From contig OY970229.1 of assembly GCA_963714085.1 (NCBI GenBank), positions 448,001 through 512,000 of the forward strand: DNA of 64,000 nucleotides, given 5' to 3'. This document shows, one piece after another, positions 39,536-46,791 of the stretch (positions within the stretch are counted from its first letter, which is position 1; each line of letters starts with the position of its first letter). The translations under genes and the position numbers were made by a program. The stretch is from an uncultured Candidatus Micrarchaeota archaeon (GTDB taxonomy: Archaea > Micrarchaeota > Micrarchaeia > Anstonellales > Bilamarchaeaceae). The notes under the pieces were generated by a model. That model searched no databases and was not told the origin of the DNA. It saw only the letters and a list, made by a program, of their open reading frames with translations.

Positions 39536-39607
39536 GCCCTCGTAGTCTAGCCTGGATAGGACGCAACCCTCCGGAGATTGATTGAGGTTTAAATACCCGA
39601 CAAAGCA
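39536..39607 (+). pseudogene. Degenerate tRNA-Arg(CCG)
   Basis: Intact 5' half GCCCTCG-TA-GTCT-AGCCTGGATA-GGAC-G-CAACC-CTCCGGA-GATTG; T arm and 3' acceptor strand decayed. Confidence 0.7.
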
Positions 39608-39752
39608 CCCTTTTTAACCTCTGGCCCTCAGACGCTCATTTGGTCGGACGGACACCACTGGTCTGAACTCAGACCAGATCTGAAAGCGCTAGGGCAGGAC
39701 TTCAGATCAGATATGAGTTCCTAAAAAGGCAGGAACTAAGAGTAGATTAAAA

Positions 39753-39913
39753 TGCAGGAGGAAGATGCCGAGACCAGGGCTCGGAACAGAACATTTCCAG
39801 TCCCGAACGATTGGCTCGGTTTCCATGCCTGCACTATCATTTTGGTTCAAGTCAAACCCTGTTTTGACCTCCTAACCGAGGGCTCTTCTGCGGAGAGAAC
39901 TATTTAAAGCTAG
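39753..39913. repeat. att core plus left arm, copy A
   Basis: Aligns with 41623-41790; last 54 nt differ at 4 positions. Confidence 0.9.
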
Positions 39914-39920
39914 CTCTGAG

Positions 39921-41078
39921 TTATTTTCCATTGCCGTTCAATTCAACCATATCCTCGTCATGAACCGGTCGGAACCACTTTTGCGCTATGAATGTCGGAA
40001 TCACTGCGCTGGTTATGACTACGGCGATAAGGACCGAGAACTGGATCTGATTGACATAACCTGCCTGATAGCCGAAAACGCTGGCAATCGTGCCGAAGGT
40101 CAACCCCGTGCTCATAAGCAGCGTCGTGTACATGCCACCTTCGGGGATGTATTTCTTGGCAAGGAAGTACACGCCTAGGAATTTCGTGATTTGTTTTAGC
40201 AGGAAGAGCGTGACAAACAAGCCGAATGCCGCAACGACCAAGGGAACAGACACCTTCATACCGTCGGTTATGAAGAAGAACGGCGTGATGAGGGCGTATG
40301 CCACGGTTCTGAGCCGATTCCTTACCGCCAGCGTTTCGGGGCTTTCCGTGAAATGCTTCGACATGGCAAGACCTAGTACGAAGGCAGGCAGGACGGCCTG
40401 GCTATCCCCTATCGCCGCGAAATAGCTGAAAATCAGTAAAAGGACAAAGATGTACTTGATTTCCGGCTCTATCACCTTGCCTTTGAGAAGAGGGTTATCG
40501 AAGACCAGATGGGAAAATTTCGTCGCGATCCATATAACTACTATTGAAACGGCGAGGAAAACCCAGGTGTAGAAGGAAGGCTTGATGAAAAGGATGGTGA
40601 GGGCTAGGACCGTGCAAATATCGGTTACAAACGTGGCAGCCATGATGAGTTTCCCCAGCTTCGTTTTCGTCAGGCCTGTCTCGACCAGCACCGAATACAC
40701 GACAGCCAGGGAGGTCGTAGACAGCGCGGCACCCGCGATGAGGGAGGCGTTCAGCGTCCAGCCAGCCATGTAATATGTGTACAGAAACGCGCCCAAGAAG
40801 GGCACGAGAAACGAAGCACAGCCTATCAGCATGCTCTCCTTGAATTTCTCCCGCATCAGGTCGACATCTACTTCGGCGCCTGCGAGGAACGTTAGTAAGA
40901 TGCTGGCGAATCCCGCAAGATAAGTCATCCACGGCTGGGCTTCGATGCCGAGATAGTTGCCTGCGATTACACCTAGGAGAATCTCGATGATGGCAACTGA
41001 AAGCCCAAGTCGAAGAGAGATGAGGCTAGCCAAAAATATCAGCATACCTGCTGCTAAAGGAATCAAAGTCGCATCCAT
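39921..41078 (-). CDS. CPA2-family cation:proton antiporter
   Basis: Polytopic membrane protein; FLAGAEVD, ALSTTSLAVV, AATFVTD, PFFFI; start at ATG 41078 after AAGGTG. Confidence 0.9.
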   Translation of the reverse strand: MDATLIPLAAGMLIFLASLISLRLGLSVAIIEILLGVIAGNYLGIEAQPWMTYLAGFASILLTFLAGAEVDVDLMREKFKESMLIGCASFLVPFLGAFLYTYYMAGWTLNASLIAGAALSTTSLAVVYSVLVETGLTKTKLGKLIMAATFVTDICTVLALTILFIKPSFYTWVFLAVSIVVIWIATKFSHLVFDNPLLKGKVIEPEIKYIFVLLLIFSYFAAIGDSQAVLPAFVLGLAMSKHFTESPETLAVRNRLRTVAYALITPFFFITDGMKVSVPLVVAAFGLFVTLFLLKQITKFLGVYFLAKKYIPEGGMYTTLLMSTGLTFGTIASVFGYQAGYVNQIQFSVLIAVVITSAVIPTFIAQKWFRPVHDEDMVELNGNGK

Positions 41079-41102
41079 GGAGAACACCTTTCAACACGGA
41101 TG

Positions 41103-41237
41103 CTAAAACGATTTCAGGAATCCGTCTTTCCCCAATCTGAATTTATGCTCCGGGTTCTTGGGGCAAACGAATACATCGTCCTTCTTGGACAACTGATAGT
41201 TCATGCTGGAATTCATGCGGCATGTCGGACATACCAT
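41103..41237 (-). CDS. Small Zn-ribbon protein (44 aa, not in ORF track)
   Basis: MVCPTCRMNSSMNYQLSKKDDVFVCPKNPEHKFRLGKDGFLKSF; AGGTGA RBS; lies between riboswitch and antiporter. Confidence 0.65.
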   Translation of the reverse strand: MVCPTCRMNSSMNYQLSKKDDVFVCPKNPEHKFRLGKDGFLKSF

Positions 41238-41275
41238 CGTATACTCACCTGTCATGGGCATCTACCTCTTGAAAA

Positions 41276-41334
41276 GTAGAAGCTATCAGCCCGTTTGGGC
41301 GGTTTGGCTTTTGCCAGGTGAGCTTCATCGCCTA
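41276..41334 (-). ncRNA. Fluoride (crcB-class) riboswitch
   Basis: GGCGATGAAGCTCACC...AAACCGCCC-AAAC-GGGCTGATAGCTTCTAC fits GGCGAUG..GUUCGCC...ACCGC...GCUGAUGAC..CUAC; GAAGC/GCTTC pseudoknot pairing is kept. Confidence 0.88.
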
Positions 41335-41419
41335 TCAAAGATTACACAAATAATCTTTAATAGCATTTTGGTTTGATTGGTTTGGATTCCTGCAGTCCCG
41401 AGATTCGTATGGAGTACTA

Positions 41420-41622
41420 CCCAAGAGTCCTGAGACCTGGTCTCTGAACATAAACATAAAGATTGGAACCTCGGTTCGAATCTCCAAAACCGCATTTTGT
41501 GTCTTCAGCTACCATAAAATCGTCGAAGAATGCCATTAGGGAACTGAAGAAAATAAAGCAGCAAAACAGAATGGAACCATTGGTTCGGTTCTTTTTCCTG
41601 CGGATTCGAACTAAAATGATGA
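41420..41622. repeat. Right arm, copy C
   Basis: Collinear with 50123-50324 (GTTCGAATCT, GTCGAAGAATG, AGAAAATAA, CATTGGTTCGG.TCTTTTTC). Confidence 0.85.
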
Positions 41623-41790
41623 TGCAGGAGGAAGATGCCGAGACCAGAACTCGGAGCAGAGCCTTCTCTGCCCCGTCCGTTTGGTTCGAGTCTTCCTTCT
41701 CCAATAACATTTTGGTCCAGGTCAGAACAAACCTCTTGTTTTGACCTCCTAACCGAAGGCTGTTCTGAGGAGAGAACTATATAAAGCTAG
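41623..41790. repeat. att core plus left arm, copy B
   Basis: TGCAGGAGGAAGATGCCGAGACCAG identical to copy A; shared terminal block. Confidence 0.9.
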
Positions 41791-41903
41791 GTCTCTGGTT
41801 TCGCTATTTTCCACAATGCCTCGAAATATGTTTCGAAGCTTTTAACCGCTTCCTCGCTTTCGATGAGAAACCCTTTCGGCTCGCGGGTAAAGGAGACCGC
41901 CAT
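41787..41903 (-). pseudogene. C-terminal remnant of a TrmB-like regulator
   Basis: AVSFTREPKGFLIESEEAVKSFETYFEALWKIAK resembles the TrmB effector-domain tail; no N-terminal HTH upstream. Confidence 0.55.
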
Positions 41904-41977
41904 GGAAGGCGAGGGAGTGCAACGGCCAGTTCTCGCTGAACGTGCTGAAGCCGGATCATTGAGGGTACGCACTGCAC

Positions 41978-42757
41978 CTAAGCTGATCGCAGTAGCGCCG
42001 CATCCGGATACCGATAGGCGCTGCCGATGCCATCCTGCCGTACCAGTTCCGCAAGGGCTTGCGGTGAGAATGCAGCTACTGAGAGGGCCGCCGTCCCCAT
42101 GGCTGATTCTATGCCTTCGAGGTCGTCCACCAGGTGTATCGGCATCGCTGAAAAACTGCCCTTTCTTTTCAGGCATTCGATTATACCCACCTTTTCTAGG
42201 ATGGCGTCGCGGGTCAGTCCAACGCGCCTCAATTCCACGAGCCTGGCGCAAACATCCGGTGGTGCCCTGAAACCAATAACATCCGGCGTCCCTACTGACT
42301 CTGGTCTGTGGATGGTGAATTTCCGCGCCGATAGTCTGTGAACTAATATGTTTCTAAGTACATGCAAGCATCCGCCATCATCGAACAGGCGCTCTATCCC
42401 GTATTCGCCTGATTTGGGCCGATAGGATAGGATTCCGTGGCCAAACTCAGGAAATTCGGCTGCAAGGAAGATGAACAGGTCGGCAATCCCAGGCCTTGGG
42501 TGGAATACTCGCTCCGGCATTTCGAATCCGAGTGTGTTGTCAAGATCCCAGAAAACCATGGCCCGCCCTGCTTTTGCCCACTCTTGGCAGGTCCGGAAAA
42601 CCAGGATGGTGAATCCGATTTCGTTCCCGATGATTCCTGCCTTCGCGTCTTCTTTACGCGTGCAGATAAGCTGCTCCATCAGTGCTTTTTGCCGGCTTAA
42701 GAATTGCCGCAAGCGGGGCTGGACATTTTCGCTTATGGTTGATATGAGCGCACCCAT
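41978..42757 (-). CDS. HAD-superfamily-like protein
   Basis: Motif I VFWDLDNTL, RPG, ILS, motif IV LVDDL. Confidence 0.65.
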   Translation of the reverse strand: MGALISTISENVQPRLRQFLSRQKALMEQLICTRKEDAKAGIIGNEIGFTILVFRTCQEWAKAGRAMVFWDLDNTLGFEMPERVFHPRPGIADLFIFLAAEFPEFGHGILSYRPKSGEYGIERLFDDGGCLHVLRNILVHRLSARKFTIHRPESVGTPDVIGFRAPPDVCARLVELRRVGLTRDAILEKVGIIECLKRKGSFSAMPIHLVDDLEGIESAMGTAALSVAAFSPQALAELVRQDGIGSAYRYPDAALLRSA

Positions 42758-42814
42758 GTTAGTATCAGTGCAATTTCAAGTTTATAAATTATATGGTATT
42801 TATTGTATAGTTAT

Positions 42815-43840
42815 ATGTGTTCTCAATCGCGCGCGTGCCGCGCTGGCAGCAGGGAAAAAGTCAAGGTGGCGTTCATCGGAGCCGGGAATATCGCAGCGCA
42901 GCACATGCGAGCGCTTGTCGCATTCCCAGACGTCGCGGTGGAAGGGGTTTGCGACGTCAGTAAAAGCGTCCTTGAGCAAAGGCGTCTGGAGTTCGGCGTA
43001 GGTACGTATTCGTCCGTGGGCGCCATGCTCCGCTCGGTTTCTCCTGACGCCGTGTTCATCTGCCTTCCACCCTACGCCCACGGTGGTGCAGAGCGGGCCT
43101 GCATAAGCCGTGGCATCCCGTTCTTGGTTGAGAAACCACTGTCCAATGACCTGTTCCTTGCCAGGAAAATAGCAGCCGAGGTCCGCAGGACTGGACTGCT
43201 GACCTCCGTCGCCTACATGAACCGTTATAGGCGGAGTGTCCAGAGGGCCAAAGAACTGCTCGGCAAGCATCCCCCCGTTCTGATTGACGCTGGCTGGCGT
43301 ATAGGCACGCCGCTGGGCCACCCTTGGCTGACCCAAAAACGCCTCTCGGGAGGGCAGCTCCTCGAACAGACCACACACTTATTCGACCTCATCAGATACC
43401 TTTGTGGGGAAGCCGCCAGCGTCTATTGCTGCGGCGCTAGGGGCTTCGTTCCAAGGAGCCGCGCATACGATACGGATGATGCGACTGTCGTGAGCCTGTG
43501 CATGAGAAACGGTGCGGTAGCCTCGATACAGAGCTCCTGGTCAAGCGGATTATGCGACATGATACATATCAGGTTCCTCGGACCGGCGATAATGGTGGAA
43601 CTTACTGGCTGGAACCAGGATGCGAGGATAGTCACCAAAAGATCGAGTGTGGAGATAAGCGGCGAAGAGGATATTTTTGCCATCGAGGACAGGGCCTTCC
43701 TGCATGCAGTGAGGAGTGGCGACTCTTCCGGCGTACTCAGCGACTATGGCGAAGGCGTGAGGAGCCTGGAGCTGAGCATTGCAGCCAACATGAGTCTGGA
43801 AACCGGAAAGCCGATCAAACTTCGTGGAGACGGGAAATGA
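42815..43840 (+). CDS. Gfo/Idh/MocA NAD-dependent oxidoreductase
   Basis: FIGAGNIA, ICLPP..H, VEKP, SGG.LLEQTTH.FD. Confidence 0.93.
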   Translation: MCSQSRACRAGSREKVKVAFIGAGNIAAQHMRALVAFPDVAVEGVCDVSKSVLEQRRLEFGVGTYSSVGAMLRSVSPDAVFICLPPYAHGGAERACISRGIPFLVEKPLSNDLFLARKIAAEVRRTGLLTSVAYMNRYRRSVQRAKELLGKHPPVLIDAGWRIGTPLGHPWLTQKRLSGGQLLEQTTHLFDLIRYLCGEAASVYCCGARGFVPRSRAYDTDDATVVSLCMRNGAVASIQSSWSSGLCDMIHIRFLGPAIMVELTGWNQDARIVTKRSSVEISGEEDIFAIEDRAFLHAVRSGDSSGVLSDYGEGVRSLELSIAANMSLETGKPIKLRGDGK

Positions 43841-44315
43841 TCTCCTTTACCGCATCTTCCACCCGTCCGGAGATGTCGATGGTCGTGCCGTAATCTAACC
43901 TGGCAACCAGCCTGTAGACGTCTCTGACAGCCGTTTTTCCGTAAGGCGCGGCCCGCTTTCTGTCCCTTTCGATGCAGATCTCAAGCGGCGCATTCAGGCT
44001 GAATACGAAACCCCGGTAGGGGGACAAGCGGCCCATCAGGTCGTCTATGGCTTCCCTGTGGTAAAAGCAGGCGTCAAAAATCACAATCCGGTCGCCGTCA
44101 AGGTTTTTCCTTGCAGCCGGAGCCATCAGCCTGTCTGCTTTGATGAAGTTTTCAACAGGGATGCAGCCGATTTTCGTATCGATGACGTCCAATCCATTCT
44201 CGGCAAGGACGGCATCAACCGAAACATAAGCGGCTCCCATAGCTGCAGCTATTTTACTTGCAATGGTTGTCTTGCCGCAGCCCAGCGGCCCCCTTATGAT
44301 TACGAAATATGCCAT
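43815..44315 (-). CDS. Small P-loop kinase (gluconate/shikimate/nucleotide kinase-like)
   Basis: RGPLGCGKTT, VIFDA, APLEICIERD.KR. Confidence 0.85.
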   Translation of the reverse strand: MAYFVIIRGPLGCGKTTIASKIAAAMGAAYVSVDAVLAENGLDVIDTKIGCIPVENFIKADRLMAPAARKNLDGDRIVIFDACFYHREAIDDLMGRLSPYRGFVFSLNAPLEICIERDRKRAAPYGKTAVRDVYRLVARLDYGTTIDISGRVEDAVKEIISRLHEV

Positions 44316-44478
44316 GGCAGGTCCCAGCGTTCCGGATTGGTTGGTTTCCCTTTTGTATCCCCCTCCCTGGTATTAAATATTCGCCTCAGCCAGCCGCCAC
44401 GGGAGTCCAATTAAAATCTTACACATTTATTTACCTAACAAAACATTATTATACTTTTTCATGGTATAATTAGCAATC

Positions 44479-45660
44479 ATGAATCATTTGGCGTATGCAG
44501 GAAATACTGCAGCTGAAGTTGCGCAGAAAGGCGCTCCGGCAAAGACCAAGATTTCCCTACTGTCGAAAGGCATCGCCTTCGACCTGAGTCTATTCAAGGA
44601 CTTCCCAGGCACTTTCTATGATAACCAGTATGTGTACGGGAGGACCAGCCAGGGTGCCCTGCCTGAGCACAGACTGCCTCAGATACTGAGACTGGGGGAC
44701 GGCGTGGTTACCGCGCTTTTAAGGCGCCGGAACAGCCCCTGGCAACTGAAACTAGAGGGCGAAATTCCGCGGCTGTATTTTGGAGGCAAGTACGTCCAGG
44801 ACGTGGAGCTTCCGGAACGGCCCCCATATTTCGGAAAAGTGCTTGGCGACGGCATTCGGAGCGAATCAGTTATAGCTGTCGCTGGAGAGAGCACGCCAGG
44901 ATTCTTCCTTTATCCGAGATGCTTCTATTTCGGCAGGGGCGAGCCCTGTGGCTTCTGCTCGCTCAAAGGCAACCGTGCGACTTCCGGTAGAGCTATGGCC
45001 ATGGACTTCACGGAAGACCTCGTCGGCAAGGCGACGCGGCTTTTCCAGAATACCGCGTGGAAGGGCATCCCGGTAATATCCATCAGCGCCGGAACCCCAG
45101 CCACGGACGAGGAAAGCATGGAGCAGGTAATCAGGCTGATAAGGGCGGTCTACGACGCCCTCGACCCGAAACTGCCCATCCACGCCCTCGTCCATCCGCC
45201 GAACGACCTGAACCTCATAGAACAGTACAAAAGGGCCGGCCTCACGTCCATCGCTTTCAACCTCGAGGTTTTCGGCAGGGATGCTTTCGCGCGGCTCTGC
45301 CCGGGCAAGGAGAAATTCTATGGTTACGACAGGTGGCTCGAAGCGCTCCGAGTGGCGAGAGACGTTTTCGGCAAGTACTCCGCCTTCTGCGGCCTCGTTT
45401 GGGGTCTTGAGCCTGCCGCCAGCACGATGGAAGGCAACAGGTATTTTTTGGAGAACGGTATCGGCATCGCATCCAACATATTCCACGCGGACCAGCATTC
45501 GCTGATGGCCGCATATTCGCATCCTGCAGAGGAGCTGATACTGGAAGTCGCCATGAACCAGCGGCAGCTATACGCTGAGCATCCTGACGCGAGGACCATC
45601 TTTCCCGTCAGCATGAGGAGCACGCTCGACTGGGAAGTTAAACGGGGTGACCTTGGGTGA
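44479..45660 (+). CDS. Radical SAM protein with non-canonical CX8CX2C motif
   Basis: CFYFGRGEPCGFC; ISAGT; AFNLE.F......CPGK; GLVWGLE. Confidence 0.85.
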   Translation: MNHLAYAGNTAAEVAQKGAPAKTKISLLSKGIAFDLSLFKDFPGTFYDNQYVYGRTSQGALPEHRLPQILRLGDGVVTALLRRRNSPWQLKLEGEIPRLYFGGKYVQDVELPERPPYFGKVLGDGIRSESVIAVAGESTPGFFLYPRCFYFGRGEPCGFCSLKGNRATSGRAMAMDFTEDLVGKATRLFQNTAWKGIPVISISAGTPATDEESMEQVIRLIRAVYDALDPKLPIHALVHPPNDLNLIEQYKRAGLTSIAFNLEVFGRDAFARLCPGKEKFYGYDRWLEALRVARDVFGKYSAFCGLVWGLEPAASTMEGNRYFLENGIGIASNIFHADQHSLMAAYSHPAEELILEVAMNQRQLYAEHPDARTIFPVSMRSTLDWEVKRGDLG

Positions 45661-46787
45661 GCGTGTACGTCGATTGCGTGGGCTGCGAGCAGAGGAAACT
45701 GGACGCGCAGAGGCTCGTGAACTGCTTCAGGGCCAATGGGGCGGGGATTGTCAGCTCGGCTAGGAAATGCAACCACGCGGTGCTGGTGACCTGCGCAGTT
45801 GATTCTTCCAACGAAGAACGGTCGCTTTCCATGCTGGACGCAGTATCGCGGGAGTTACCGGAAGGTGCCGGGATGTACATCGGGGGGTGCCTGCCGTCCA
45901 TAAGCCCCGGCAGACTTTCCGGCTATCATCTTCACGGGACATTCTCTCCGCGGACTATGGGAAGCCTTGACGCTATGTTCAACTTTGCAGTGCCAATGGA
46001 TGCAATCGCCAGGCCGAATCGGTCAGTTTTCGATTCCAGTGCGGAACCGATCGGAGTGGTTTCCCCCAGGCAGGCTTACGACGATGCGAAAGCGGGGTTC
46101 AAGGTCGTAATAGACGACGGCTGCCTGATGGGCTGCTCGTACTGCGTGATAAAGCGAGCCACAGGCAGCCTAAGGAGCATGAGCGCGGAAAGCATCCTGG
46201 CGCAAATCAAGGATGGCATCTCAAGAGGCGAGAAGACGATAATGCTCATGGGCGGGGACGCTGGCGCCTACGGGAAGGACATCGGAACCGGGCTGCAGCG
46301 ATTGCTCTCCGACATCCTAGCAATTCCATCAGAGTTCAGGCTCTTCATACACGATTTCAACGTGAACTGGCTGATACGTGGCGCGGAAGAGTACCTCCGC
46401 GTCTTTTCATCCTCTGGCGGCAGGAAAATCGGCGCAATATGCTTCCCCATCCAGTCTGGCAGCGACCGCATACTGGCCTTGATGAAAAGGGGCCACACGT
46501 CCGGGAGCGCGGCCGAGGCGCTTAAGCAGGTCCGCTCTGTTTCGCCCGGCATGGGCCTAGGCACCCATGTGATAATCGGTTTTCCTAGCGAGGCTGACGC
46601 TGATTTTGCAGCTACGATGGGCATGCTCGAATACGTCGGTTTCGATTTCATCACCTGCTTCCCATACTCTGAGCATGCGTTGGCCGGTTCCGCTGCCCTG
46701 GCTGGAAAGGTCGGACCTGAAGCCGTGGAAGCCAGGTTCGAAAGAATATCCTCGGTGTTTGGGGACCGAGTGAAAATAGTGAGATGA
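45657..46787 (+). CDS. MiaB/MtaB-like methylthiotransferase radical SAM protein lacking TRAM
   Basis: N-terminal GC...TC...GGC cluster domain, GCLMGCSYC, QSGSDRIL.LMKR, IIGFPSE; ends soon after FPYS. Confidence 0.88.
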   Translation: MSVYVDCVGCEQRKLDAQRLVNCFRANGAGIVSSARKCNHAVLVTCAVDSSNEERSLSMLDAVSRELPEGAGMYIGGCLPSISPGRLSGYHLHGTFSPRTMGSLDAMFNFAVPMDAIARPNRSVFDSSAEPIGVVSPRQAYDDAKAGFKVVIDDGCLMGCSYCVIKRATGSLRSMSAESILAQIKDGISRGEKTIMLMGGDAGAYGKDIGTGLQRLLSDILAIPSEFRLFIHDFNVNWLIRGAEEYLRVFSSSGGRKIGAICFPIQSGSDRILALMKRGHTSGSAAEALKQVRSVSPGMGLGTHVIIGFPSEADADFAATMGMLEYVGFDFITCFPYSEHALAGSAALAGKVGPEAVEARFERISSVFGDRVKIVR

Positions 46788-46791
46788 CGGC

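Noticed and set aside
39471..39608. N-terminal extension of ORF 39192-39608
   Set aside because: It runs antisense through the pseudo-tRNA and promoter; the family-like sequence starts at ATG 39470.
41417..41744. ORFs 41417-41710 (-) and 41463-41744 (+) spanning the att core, possibly split-integrase fragments
   Set aside because: The homologous arm at 50123-50324 has stop codons in the equivalent frames and no integrase motifs are visible, so the arms are treated as non-coding.
41904..42251. Upstream part of ORF 41787-42251 as a real gene
   Set aside because: It overlaps the HAD-like gene in another frame and has non-protein-like composition; only the last ~38 codons look genuine.
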